From a virus, in the IMG/VR virus record IMGVR_UViG_3300013939_000003: a DNA stretch of 42,216 bases; one strand, 5' to 3'. Within the stretch, counting starts at the first letter, position 1, and each line of letters begins with the position of its first letter. The notes beneath the pieces were generated by a model, which was not told the origin of the DNA, did no database searches, and saw only the letters and a list, made by a program, of their open reading frames with translations. This document shows, in pieces, positions 30,857-40,027 of this stretch. The translations under genes and the position numbers were made by a program.

Positions 30857-32130
30857 CGCTACTGCGTCTGATGAAACATCGCACCAAGTTCGACCGGCTC
30901 ATCGGTGGACTGCCGGACGCTGGTCTTGAGGAGACAACGACCGTACTCCTCAACGACTTCAAGGCATACTTCAAGGAGTTCCCCGAGGTCAAGGTCATTG
31001 ACTACTCCACGTTCATGCTGTGGTTCGAGCAGTTCAAGCACACGCAGTTCGCACCCGAGCGCACTGGTATGTTCGATGCGATCATGAAACGTGCAGCCGA
31101 GGACATCACGCCTGACGTAGAGGAAGGATTGATGGAGCGGCTGGTGTCTGCCGAGGCCAGCTTCAAGATCATCGGCGTGGTCGAGCAGTGGAACAGTGGA
31201 GCAGAGTTCGATCTGCTCACTCGATTGCAAGAGGTGGTCGAGGACTTCGAGAAGAACATGGATCGCAAGGTGCGCACTCCATTCGTGGAGGATGCAATCG
31301 AGGACATGCTCAAGGAGGACGAGGACGACAGCGGTTTCCACTGGCGACTGAACTGCCTCAATGGTAGCATGCGTCCGCTGCGTGGTGGTGACTTCGGCAT
31401 CGTTGCCGCCCGCCCTGACAAGGGCAAGACCACGTTCCTGACGAGCGAGTTGTCATTCATGGTGCCGCAGATCAAGCGTGCCGAGGATGGTAGTGTCAAG
31501 CCGATCCTGTGGTTCAACAACGAGGGGCCGGGTAAGCGTATCAAGCAGCGGTACTATCAGTCGTTACTCGGTTGCTCCATCCCTGAAATGGTGGACAAGC
31601 TGCGCGCTGGTACACTGACCAAGGAACTGTTGGAAGTGACAGGCGGCATCGACCCGAACCTGTTGCTGCGTATCGTGGACGTGCATGATGCGCGCAGCCA
31701 CGAGATCGAGAACATCATCCGCAATCATCCACCATCACTGGTGGTGCTGGACATGATCGACAACATCCAGTTCAGTGGGCTTGCTGCGAACAACGGGCAG
31801 CGCACGGATCAGATGCTTGAGGCCATGTACCAGTGGGCGCGTAACCTCGCCGTCAAGTACGACGCCCCATTCCTTGCCACGTCGCAGATCAGTGCGGATG
31901 GCGACGGCCTCACGTACCCCACGCTGCCGATGTTGAAGGACAGCAAGACGGGTAAGCAAGGTGCCGCCGACTTCATCATCACGCTGGGTGCACTCAATGA
32001 TCCTGCGATGGATGGGTTCCGCTACGTCGGCATGACCAAGAACAAACTGCATCGGAGTGGTGGACGCAAAGACCCACGCACCGAGGTGCTGTTCGACATG
32101 GAGCGTGCGAGGTATGAGAACCCCGAGTAA
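30841..32130 (+). CDS. Replicative DNA helicase, DnaB / T7 gp4 C-terminal type
   Basis: Walker A AARPDKGKTTFL and Walker B LVVLDMID. It overlaps the primase gene by 16 nt, so primase and helicase are separate, as in phiKMV-like phages. Confidence 0.9.
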   Translation: MSLDLTLLRLMKHRTKFDRLIGGLPDAGLEETTTVLLNDFKAYFKEFPEVKVIDYSTFMLWFEQFKHTQFAPERTGMFDAIMKRAAEDITPDVEEGLMERLVSAEASFKIIGVVEQWNSGAEFDLLTRLQEVVEDFEKNMDRKVRTPFVEDAIEDMLKEDEDDSGFHWRLNCLNGSMRPLRGGDFGIVAARPDKGKTTFLTSELSFMVPQIKRAEDGSVKPILWFNNEGPGKRIKQRYYQSLLGCSIPEMVDKLRAGTLTKELLEVTGGIDPNLLLRIVDVHDARSHEIENIIRNHPPSLVVLDMIDNIQFSGLAANNGQRTDQMLEAMYQWARNLAVKYDAPFLATSQISADGDGLTYPTLPMLKDSKTGKQGAADFIITLGALNDPAMDGFRYVGMTKNKLHRSGGRKDPRTEVLFDMERARYENPE

Positions 32131-32245
32131 GCCACACCTCAAGAGACAAGGTGCCTACTGGTCTGTGTATCTGGACGGCAGGCTCATAAGCAGTTGGCCC
32201 ACAATCGAAGCAGCTTGGCTGCGCTTCAAGGAGTACACCGAATGA
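32114..32245 (+). CDS. Hypothetical small protein (43 aa)
   Basis: ATG 32114 lies inside track ORF 32057..32245. It overlaps the helicase 3' end and couples by ATGA to the next ORF. Confidence 0.4.
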   Translation: MRTPSKPHLKRQGAYWSVYLDGRLISSWPTIEAAWLRFKEYTE

Positions 32246-32379
32246 AAGCTGGTATCCTGTTACGATGGGGCAGCGCATGGGTTGGTGTGCATTGGTCGCC
32301 GTTCAATCGGCGCGCGTGCATCAACATCATTCCGTTCGTCACCATCTGGATCACACTCGAAGGAGGCACGACGCCATGA
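32242..32379 (+). CDS. Hypothetical small hydrophobic protein (45 aa)
   Basis: ATG 32242 (ATGA overlap). Translation MKAGILLRWGSAWVGVHWSPFNRRACINIIPFVTIWITLEGGTTP. Couples by ATGA to the DNA polymerase gene. Confidence 0.5.
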   Translation: MKAGILLRWGSAWVGVHWSPFNRRACINIIPFVTIWITLEGGTTP

Positions 32380-34730
32380 CGTATGTCGTGTGGGACGTAG
32401 AGACCACGATCAAATCCTACAACAAGCGGAAGGCTTCTCCCTTCCATCCCGAGAATCACGTGGTCGCATCGGGTTGGAAACGCAAGGGCATGGCTGTCGC
32501 CATCGGAGATTACTTCGGACGCAAGCGTCCAACCGATGACTGGTTCCGCAAGCTGCTGGTCGGCACGAAGATGCTGATCGGCTTCAACATCAAGTTCGAT
32601 CTGCTGCATGCGCTGCGCGACGATGACAACTACACGGCATGGGTCGAGTACGTTGCCAACGGCGGGCGCGTGTGGGACTGCCAGCTTGCCGAGTACCTGC
32701 TGCACGGCATGGCCCGTGAGCATCACATGCTCTCGCTCGATGAGGTTGCACCACGCTACGGTGGGCACCTCAAGAACGATGCGGTCAAGGCGCTGTGGGA
32801 AGCAGGCATCGACACCACCGAGATCGACCCCGACCTGCTGATGGAATACCTGATCGGTGCGAAGGGCGAGGACAAAGACCTCGGCGACATCGGCAACACC
32901 GAGGCTGTGTTCCTTGGTCAAGTCGATGCGTTCCGTGCGCGTGGTGGTTTGCAGTCGGTGCTGCTCAACATGGACAGTCTGCTGTGCACCACGGAAATGG
33001 AACGCAACGGAATGTTCGTGAACAAGAAGCTCGGGCTTGAACTTGCCGAGCAGTTGCAGACGCAGCTGGTTGAACTGCGTACCGAATTGGAGAAGGCACT
33101 GCCTGCTGACTTACCGTTCGAGTTCAACTGGGGCAGCAGGTTCCACCTGTCTGCGTTGGTGTTCGGTGGCAAGGTGAAGTACGTGGCGAAGGAAGTTGTC
33201 ACCGACGACAACGGCCAGCCTGTGTACTACCAACTCAAGGAGAAGCACTATGTCCTTACGGATGGATCGACCACTGCTACTCCGCCTTCGGGAACTGATG
33301 CGCTCAACTACGCGACGTTCACTGGTGGCAAGAACAAGGGCGAGTACAAGACCAAGCAAGTGACCGTGCCTGACATCGAGCGCGGGCCGAAGCAGCGCAA
33401 CGCTGACTTCTACTTCGACTTCCCCGGTTACACCGAACCGTCACCGGAATGGGAGACCTCGACCGAGGGCGTGTACTCCACGGCTGGTGATGTGATCGAG
33501 GCGTTGGGTAATCGTGACATCCCGTTCCTCAAGACGCTGGCTGAAATGTCATCGCTCGTCAAGGACTTGGGCACGTACTACATCACGACGGATGCCGAGA
33601 CAGGAGAGAGCAAGGGCATGCTCACGCTGGTCGGTGACGACAGCATCATCCATCACTCGCTCAACCACACCAGCACAGTCACGGGCCGCTTCTCATCGAG
33701 CAACCCGAACTTGCAGAACATCCCGAAGGAAGGGAAGTCGGTGGTCAAGAGCGTGTTCTCCTCACGCTACAGCATGGGCAAGATCGTGCAGTCGGACTTC
33801 ACTGCGCTGGAAATCTACGTGCAGGGTAACCTGACTCGTGATCGACAGCTGCTCCAAGACTTGCGCGATGGCCTCGACATGCACTGCGCACGATGCGCGA
33901 CCACATTCAACGTGGACTACGAGTTCGTGTTGAAGGCATCGAAGGATGAGAACCATCCCGAGCATAAGCTGTGGAAGAAGCGGCGCACCAACGCCAAGGT
34001 GTTCAGCTTCCAGCGCGCGTACGGTGCTGGCGCTGCGAAGATCGCAGTGACCACCGGCATGCCGCAGGAGGAAGTCGAGGCGCTGATCGAAGCGGAGTCC
34101 AAGCGTTACCCGCAGGTCGATGCGTACTACGACATGGTGACCGAAACCATCGGTGCGAATCGCGTGCCGACCAGCAGGTTCGTGCAGCACCCGGAAGTTC
34201 CGGGCATCACGTGCCAGCTTGGGCGCTCGCACTTCACCACGCCGGACGGCAAGATGTACAGCTACAGCGAGCAGCCTTCACCGGGCTGGCTCGTGCGACA
34301 GAAGAAGATCACGCAGTCGTTCTCTCCAACGGAGATCAAGAACTACGTGGTGCAAGGTACGGGTGGAGAATGGGCGAAGGCAGCGATGGCGCTGGCCGTG
34401 CGCGCGTTCTACTCCCACAAGAACTTTGGCGGCAGGGCCGTGTTGGTCAATCAGGTGCACGATGCACTGTACATTGACACGTCTCCCGAAGTCGAAGTGC
34501 AGAGCGCGGCCCTGCTCCACGCTTGCATGGAAGAAGCCAGTGCGTATATGTCCTACGTGTTCAAGTGGAACATCGACGTGCCGGTTCCGACCGAGACCAA
34601 GAGTGGCGCAAGCATGATCGAAGAACACGATCTGCCCGAGGGCTTCAAGCTGCAAGTGAAGGCGTACCGCACATGGGTGCGAGACAACTACATGCAGGGA
34701 TTCGTCCCATCATTCGAGACAGGAGAGTAA
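32376..34730 (+). CDS. DNA polymerase, family A (with 3'-5' exonuclease domain)
   Basis: Start MTYVVWDVETT (Exo I DxE) with AGGAGG upstream. Motif A is VQSDFTALEIYV, motif B is RRTNAKVFSFQRAYGAG, and motif C is NQVHDALYID. Confidence 0.93.
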   Translation: MTYVVWDVETTIKSYNKRKASPFHPENHVVASGWKRKGMAVAIGDYFGRKRPTDDWFRKLLVGTKMLIGFNIKFDLLHALRDDDNYTAWVEYVANGGRVWDCQLAEYLLHGMAREHHMLSLDEVAPRYGGHLKNDAVKALWEAGIDTTEIDPDLLMEYLIGAKGEDKDLGDIGNTEAVFLGQVDAFRARGGLQSVLLNMDSLLCTTEMERNGMFVNKKLGLELAEQLQTQLVELRTELEKALPADLPFEFNWGSRFHLSALVFGGKVKYVAKEVVTDDNGQPVYYQLKEKHYVLTDGSTTATPPSGTDALNYATFTGGKNKGEYKTKQVTVPDIERGPKQRNADFYFDFPGYTEPSPEWETSTEGVYSTAGDVIEALGNRDIPFLKTLAEMSSLVKDLGTYYITTDAETGESKGMLTLVGDDSIIHHSLNHTSTVTGRFSSSNPNLQNIPKEGKSVVKSVFSSRYSMGKIVQSDFTALEIYVQGNLTRDRQLLQDLRDGLDMHCARCATTFNVDYEFVLKASKDENHPEHKLWKKRRTNAKVFSFQRAYGAGAAKIAVTTGMPQEEVEALIEAESKRYPQVDAYYDMVTETIGANRVPTSRFVQHPEVPGITCQLGRSHFTTPDGKMYSYSEQPSPGWLVRQKKITQSFSPTEIKNYVVQGTGGEWAKAAMALAVRAFYSHKNFGGRAVLVNQVHDALYIDTSPEVEVQSAALLHACMEEASAYMSYVFKWNIDVPVPTETKSGASMIEEHDLPEGFKLQVKAYRTWVRDNYMQGFVPSFETGE

Positions 34731-34733
34731 TAC

Positions 34734-35558
34734 ATGGCGTTCAACATCCGTGCAGCTATCGACGCTGCGAAGAACAAAGGCCCGGACATGACGCAGGCTC
34801 AGGCCGGTGGCGGCGACTTCGAGATCGCAGCCGAAGGTTTCGTGCGTCTGCGTTTCGTCGGCTACTTCGAGACCGGCAAGAAGGAATCGGAATGGCAGGG
34901 CAAGAAGAAGGTCAACGACACTGCCGAACTGGTGTTCGAGTGCAGTGGCCCGAAGCATCAGCCGCGTGAAGTGGACGGTGTGAAGTATCCGATCCGTGTG
35001 ACCGAGCGCGTCAAGCTCTCGCTCAACGAGAAGTCCAACTTCTTCAAGCTGTTCGCTGCGATGAACTGGGAAGGCAAGGCCACCCACATCGCCGAGTTGC
35101 TGGGCAACGATTACGTTGGCCGCATCGAGCACAACAAGAAGAAGATCGACGGCAAGGACTTCACGTTCGTGAACCTGCGCGATATCCGCAAGCCGTTCGC
35201 CACCAACCCGGAGACGGGTGACGAGTACCGCATCAGTGTGGATGCGCCCATCACGGAACTCAAGCTGTTCCTGTGGGACTTCGCCACGCCGGAAATGTGG
35301 GACAGCATCTTCATCGAAGGCCAGTACGATGAGCGCAAGAACGACAAGGGTGAGGTGACCTCGCCTGCTCGCAGCAAGAACGTGCTGCAAGAGAAGATCA
35401 TGAAGGCGCTGAACTGGAAGGCGTGCCCGATCTATGACTATGCCACCAAGACGGTGACGAAGGAAGATGCGGCTGCGCTGGATGCTGCGGTCGGTGAAGT
35501 CGAGGACGCACCGAAGGCTGCGCCGGAAGCTGACGATCCGATGGAGGGTGTGGCCTGA
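34734..35558 (+). CDS. Conserved-position DNA-metabolism protein, possibly an ssDNA-binding protein
   Basis: 274 aa, directly after the polymerase gene, with an acidic C-terminal tail (EDAPKAAPEADDPMEGVA). The function is a guess from position and tail only. Confidence 0.35.
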   Translation: MAFNIRAAIDAAKNKGPDMTQAQAGGGDFEIAAEGFVRLRFVGYFETGKKESEWQGKKKVNDTAELVFECSGPKHQPREVDGVKYPIRVTERVKLSLNEKSNFFKLFAAMNWEGKATHIAELLGNDYVGRIEHNKKKIDGKDFTFVNLRDIRKPFATNPETGDEYRISVDAPITELKLFLWDFATPEMWDSIFIEGQYDERKNDKGEVTSPARSKNVLQEKIMKALNWKACPIYDYATKTVTKEDAAALDAAVGEVEDAPKAAPEADDPMEGVA

Positions 35559-36520
35559 TGGACATCGCAGCCTATGCAGCGAAGGCTGCGGCTGCGAACC
35601 CCATGCCCCTCGTCAATGTGCCCAGCCCCACCGAGGGGCTGGTCGCACACGTGGACGGTGACTTCTGTGCGTACAACTGTGCGGGCAGTGACGACACCGA
35701 TCCCGGTCAGGCACGACGCAACCTGATCTCGAAGCTGGACAGCATCAAGTTCGCTTCGGGTGCAACGGCTATCGTTGTGCACCTGACTGACCGAGCAAGC
35801 ACGAAGGGCGAGAGGTATCTCGCCGCAACCGTCAAGCCGTACCAAGGACAACGCAACTCAGGGCGCAAGCCAAAGAACTGGGAGGTGTTGCGTGAGTACA
35901 TGGAAACGTACGACGGCGACAAGTTCCGAGTCAAGAACTGGATGACACGCGAAGCTGACGACGGCATTGCCTACGTCACGCATCACGCTGCGCAAGCGGG
36001 CAAGCTGTCCGTCATCTGCACAGCAGACAAGGACATGCGTATGCTGCCCGGTCGCCACGTCATCTGGAAAACAAAGCAGCTGGTCGAGGTGCCGTTCGGC
36101 ACGTACGATCTCACTGGCCCCGACGATGAAACGTACGGGCACAAGTGGTTCTGGCTACAGATGCTCATGGGTGACACGGCTGACTTCATACCCGGCCTGC
36201 CCAAGTACATCACACCAGCTGGCAAGGAAGCACAGGTCGGCAAAGCCACGGCGTACAAGCTGCTGGCTGGCACCGAGAACAATGCCGAGGCATACGCCAT
36301 TGTGTCCGGGCTGTATCGTGGGTACTACGACGAGGACTGGGCCGACCGATTCGTTGAGCAGGCCACGCTGTTGTGGCTGCGCACGGACAGGTTCGCAGGC
36401 ATGCTGGACTTCATGACCATCATTCCATTCGCCAAGAGCATCGAAGGTGCATGCGAGCGGCTGTGTGATCGTGTGGCTACAGCGCGCGCTGAGGCGGAGG
36501 CCATACTATGCGGAGACTGA
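35558..36520 (+). CDS. 5'-3' exonuclease (FEN / T7 gp6-like)
   Basis: Acidic clusters HVDGDF, EADDGIAY, CTADKDMRM, and GDTADFIPGLP (H3TH region). Confidence 0.85.
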   Translation: MDIAAYAAKAAAANPMPLVNVPSPTEGLVAHVDGDFCAYNCAGSDDTDPGQARRNLISKLDSIKFASGATAIVVHLTDRASTKGERYLAATVKPYQGQRNSGRKPKNWEVLREYMETYDGDKFRVKNWMTREADDGIAYVTHHAAQAGKLSVICTADKDMRMLPGRHVIWKTKQLVEVPFGTYDLTGPDDETYGHKWFWLQMLMGDTADFIPGLPKYITPAGKEAQVGKATAYKLLAGTENNAEAYAIVSGLYRGYYDEDWADRFVEQATLLWLRTDRFAGMLDFMTIIPFAKSIEGACERLCDRVATARAEAEAILCGD

Positions 36521-36891
36521 AACATGCGGAAGTCGCAACTGTCCGCACCACGATGCTTGCCGATCAACGCAACCTTTGCGGAGTGTGCGGAACCCCAGTC
36601 ACCGCGAGGCCCGTGTTGGATCACGATCATCGCACTGGTGCTGTGCGTGGTGTGCTGCATGCTGGATGCAATTCGCTACTCGGCAAGCTAGAGAACAACG
36701 CTGCACGCTACGGCGTGCGCGACATCGGGGTGTTCACCAACGGCGTCGCTGCGTACCTGCGCAAGCACATGGTCAACATCACAGGACTCCTGCACCCTAC
36801 GCATAAGTCCGAGGACGAGAAGCGCGATCTGCGCAACAAGCGTGCACGAGCTTCACGTGCAAAGAAGAAGGAGACATCATGCGTCGAGTGA
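36508..36891 (+). CDS. Recombination endonuclease VII
   Basis: CGVCG...VLDHDHRTGAVRGVLHAGCNSLLG matches the Endonuclease VII zinc/H-N-H-like signature. Confidence 0.85.
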   Translation: MRRLKHAEVATVRTTMLADQRNLCGVCGTPVTARPVLDHDHRTGAVRGVLHAGCNSLLGKLENNAARYGVRDIGVFTNGVAAYLRKHMVNITGLLHPTHKSEDEKRDLRNKRARASRAKKKETSCVE

Positions 36892-37706
36892 AACAGCTGC
36901 CCGCGTTCATCAAGCGGGCACCGAAGGAGGGGCCACGTGTACTCGTGGCTGACATCGAGACGCTTCCCATCGAAGCCTACGTGTGGGCCTGCTTCAAGCA
37001 GAACGTCGGTGTGGAGCAGATCAAGGAACCGACACGGATGATGTCGTTCTGCGGCAAGTGGTTGGATGACGATGCGTACTACTTCATCGACAATCCCATC
37101 GAGCAGCCGCGCAACGACTTCTACAGTGTCGTGGCTGCGCATCACATCCTGAACCACACGGACTACGTGGTCGCTCACAACGGCCAGCAGTTCGACATGC
37201 GCAAGCTGCGTGCGTTCATGGCAATGCACGGCCTCGATCCGTTGCCGGTGATCCCGGTCATCGACACGCTGCAACTGAACCGCAAGGCATTCGGCTTCGA
37301 CAGCCAGCGCCTCGCGTTCGTGAGCAAGCACTTCGGTGCGACGGAGAAGGACAAGCACACGGAGTTCCCCGGCTTCACGATGTGGGACGAGTACCTGAAA
37401 GGTAACCCGCGTGCGTTCGCTGCGAACCATTCGTACAACAGGGACGACGTGCTTGCCAACGAGGCGATGTACAAGGAACTGCGCGGGTGGTATCAGGGTG
37501 CGCCGAACTTCGGTGTGTTCTATCCACGCGAGGAGGACGAGCATCGTTGCCCGAACTGCGGCTCTGTGCATGTGCAGCGTCAAGGTACTCGCCGTACTCA
37601 GGTCGGTGTGTACGCTCGCTACAAGTGCATCGACTGCGGTGGCTGGTCGCGTGGCCGTACTCTGATCGTGAGCAAGGCTGACCGCGCTCACATCCTGATG
37701 AACTAA
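36879..37706 (+). CDS. DnaQ-like 3'-5' exonuclease with C-terminal zinc ribbon
   Basis: VADIETLP (Exo I), VAHNGQQFDMRKL (Exo II), YNRDDV (Exo III), and CPNCG...CIDCGG. Confidence 0.72.
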   Translation: MRRVKQLPAFIKRAPKEGPRVLVADIETLPIEAYVWACFKQNVGVEQIKEPTRMMSFCGKWLDDDAYYFIDNPIEQPRNDFYSVVAAHHILNHTDYVVAHNGQQFDMRKLRAFMAMHGLDPLPVIPVIDTLQLNRKAFGFDSQRLAFVSKHFGATEKDKHTEFPGFTMWDEYLKGNPRAFAANHSYNRDDVLANEAMYKELRGWYQGAPNFGVFYPREEDEHRCPNCGSVHVQRQGTRRTQVGVYARYKCIDCGGWSRGRTLIVSKADRAHILMN

Positions 37707-37716
37707 GGAGACGATG

Positions 37717-38253
37717 ATGGCCGACGTATTCATTGCGGGCGACCGAGTGCAGTACGTCGGTCAGCATCACAGCCGCAAAGGCAAGAACAATCGCGGGAGG
37801 ATTGCTGCACAACAAGGCAATCTCTACCGCATCAACTACAACGACGGCAGTACCGGACTAGCCAATGCGGCGAACATCCGATTCACTGACGCACAGATGT
37901 ATGCCGACGAGGAGGCACGATTGGAAACACAGAACGAGCGAGGCTTGGGTCTCAAGTACGATGCAGGCAAGCCGCAAGCGCGACTGGTGTTCGAGGGATT
38001 CCCTCTCACCTTCCTCGCACTGGCTGACGTGCTGACGATGGGCGCGAGGAAATACAGCGCGCACTCGTGGCAGCACGTGGAGAACGGCATCGACCGTTAC
38101 AGTGACGCCGCTGCACGTCACATGCTGGCTCGCCTGAGTGGCGAAACGCACGACCCGGAGTCCGGGCTGATCCACGAAGCACACGAACTCATCAACCGCA
38201 TGTTCGTGCTGGAACTCAAGCTGCGACAGGAGGCTGCACGTGGCGCAGAGTAA
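37717..38253 (+). CDS. Two-domain protein: small N-terminal beta-barrel-like region plus a C-terminal region resembling the phage dNTP diphosphohydrolase-associated DUF5664-type domain
   Basis: The second ATG of an ATGATG pair gives better SD spacing (AGGAG 6 nt upstream). The C-terminal pattern is KYDAGKPQARLV...LADVLTMGARKYSAHSWQ...RYSDAAARHM...DPESGLIHEAH. Confidence 0.55.
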   Translation: MADVFIAGDRVQYVGQHHSRKGKNNRGRIAAQQGNLYRINYNDGSTGLANAANIRFTDAQMYADEEARLETQNERGLGLKYDAGKPQARLVFEGFPLTFLALADVLTMGARKYSAHSWQHVENGIDRYSDAAARHMLARLSGETHDPESGLIHEAHELINRMFVLELKLRQEAARGAE

Positions 38254-38452
38254 GCGTAGGTCGGTGAAGGAAGCTGGCGTCAACATCATGATCGGCTACA
38301 CGATCAACTACAGCTGCAACATCCTGCTGCTGCCGTTGCTGTGGCACCCGGAACATCCGTTCCTGAGCGCGCATGCCATTGGCATTGCGTTCACGCTCAT
38401 CAGCTTCGTGCGGCAATACATCATTCGGCGTTGGTTCGCCAAGGGAGACTGA
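38240..38452 (+). CDS. Small membrane protein (70 aa)
   Basis: GTG start with AGGAGG 6 nt upstream. Two hydrophobic segments (IGYTINYSCNILLLPLLW and AIGIAFTLISFV). Confidence 0.6.
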   Translation: MAQSKRRSVKEAGVNIMIGYTINYSCNILLLPLLWHPEHPFLSAHAIGIAFTLISFVRQYIIRRWFAKGD

Positions 38453-38454
38453 CA

Positions 38455-38688
38455 ATGAGTTACGCAAAGACCGTGAGTTTGTTCGAGGAGTACAGTGATC
38501 GCATCGTGTACGGCAGCGAGACGGAGGACGAGGCATTGCAGAACGCAGTGGACTGGGCGTTCCGTGATCGCACCGACGAGTTCCGCTCTGACCTGTACTC
38601 ACGCATCAAGGAAGCATGGGACAAGTGTGCCATCGAAGCACGCTTCGTGATCTCGCAGAAGATCATTGAGGAGAGTGCGAATGGCTGA
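38455..38688 (+). CDS. Hypothetical acidic protein (77 aa)
   Basis: Internal ATG of track ORF 38341..38688 with GGGAGA upstream. Confidence 0.65.
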   Translation: MSYAKTVSLFEEYSDRIVYGSETEDEALQNAVDWAFRDRTDEFRSDLYSRIKEAWDKCAIEARFVISQKIIEESANG

Positions 38689-39613
38689 GTACATCGTGCA
38701 CAAGGCGGTCGAACTGTCGAAGGTGAAGGCCAAGCGTCGTGCCGAACTCAGCGAGCCGGGTTACCTCGAAGCTCACTACATCGCGCAACCCAAGTACGAC
38801 GGCTGCAATCTCGTGATCGAAGTGCACGAGGACAACAGCGGCGACTTCTGGACGTACGCATACAGCCGCACTGGCGAGGAAGTCAAGAGCGTTTCGCACA
38901 TCGAGATTGCTCTCGCTACGTTCCCCGGCATCAAGGCAGGCACGTACCTCGGCGAGTGCTGGGCACCTGACTTGGAGTTCAACGAGATCAGCGGCCTGTT
39001 CCGCAGGCAGACGCCTGACGAGGACACGTGCCGCTTGCAGTTCGCCATCTTCGACTACCTGACCCCGGAGGAATGGGAAGCGGGCGCGAGTGAAGTGGAG
39101 TACGGCAATCGTGTTGCCCGCATTCCGCCGCAGCTGGGTCTCGTGCCGCAAGCACAGGCACCCGTGTGGTTGGCTGGTAGCTTCGGCCACATCGCAGAGA
39201 CGTGGACGAACACGACGGCACAGGACGTGTGCAACAAGCTGGTCGAAGCGGGTGGCTATGATGGCCTGATCCTGCGCGATCCCAACGGGCCGTGGCGCAA
39301 GAACGACCGAGGCGCAGGCGGTGAGATCATCAAGATCAAGCGCAAGCTGTCGTTCGATCTGCGTGTGGTCGGCTTCGAGCCGGGTAAGGGCAAGCATGCA
39401 GGCAAGATCGGCTCGCTCATCGTGGAGTTCCGTGGTCAGCGCATGGGTGCTGGCACTGGTCTGCGCGACGACGAGCGCAACGTGGCGCAGTTCGAGAACA
39501 ACTGGCTCGGCAAGATCGTGGAGATCGAGGCTATGGACTACAGCGCCGATGGTCTACTGCGCGAGCCTCGCTTGAAGGGTATCCGGCTGGACAAGTTGGA
39601 GCCTGACGCATGA
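38681..39613 (+). CDS. ATP-dependent DNA ligase
   Basis: Motif I is QPKYDGCN (adenylated Lys). Also FAIFDY, YDGLILRD, EIIKIKRK, and a C-terminal OB-like part. GAGGAG SD. Confidence 0.88.
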   Translation: MAEYIVHKAVELSKVKAKRRAELSEPGYLEAHYIAQPKYDGCNLVIEVHEDNSGDFWTYAYSRTGEEVKSVSHIEIALATFPGIKAGTYLGECWAPDLEFNEISGLFRRQTPDEDTCRLQFAIFDYLTPEEWEAGASEVEYGNRVARIPPQLGLVPQAQAPVWLAGSFGHIAETWTNTTAQDVCNKLVEAGGYDGLILRDPNGPWRKNDRGAGGEIIKIKRKLSFDLRVVGFEPGKGKHAGKIGSLIVEFRGQRMGAGTGLRDDERNVAQFENNWLGKIVEIEAMDYSADGLLREPRLKGIRLDKLEPDA

Positions 39614-40020
39614 CTGTGATCGCATGGGACGGAACGAACTTGGCGTGGGACTCCCGCGCCACGTCGGATGACCGCAAGCATACAGTGAAGAAGGCGCGCG
39701 CGTTGAAGGACGGGCGCGTCATCGTTGTCGCTGGGCTGCTGTCGAATCTCGTGCAGGCACGGAAGCTGCTCGACGGCCACGGCTATCCCGAATTGCCGCA
39801 GTCGTTGGTGGATGCGAGCGACATCATCGTGTACGACAATGGCGTGGTGTACGCCTACGATGACGCGAAGGAAGTGCGGAAGGTGAAGGCACCCGAAGCA
39901 TGGGGTTCCGGTGAAGCATACGCTCTCGGTGCGCTGGCCTGCGGTGTGTCCGCAGCGCAGTCGTGCAAGATCGCATGCAAGTACAGCGCCACGTGTGGCG
40001 GAAAGATCAACTCAATCTGA
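39610..40020 (+). CDS. Ntn-hydrolase-like protein resembling HslV / proteasome beta subunits (136 aa)
   Basis: Thr immediately after the initiator Met (MTVIAWDG...), a conserved Lys region (HTVKKARAL), VIVVAG, and a late GSGEAYALGA motif, in the same order as in HslV. Confidence 0.55.
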   Translation: MTVIAWDGTNLAWDSRATSDDRKHTVKKARALKDGRVIVVAGLLSNLVQARKLLDGHGYPELPQSLVDASDIIVYDNGVVYAYDDAKEVRKVKAPEAWGSGEAYALGALACGVSAAQSCKIACKYSATCGGKINSI

Positions 40021-40027
40021 GGTAACG

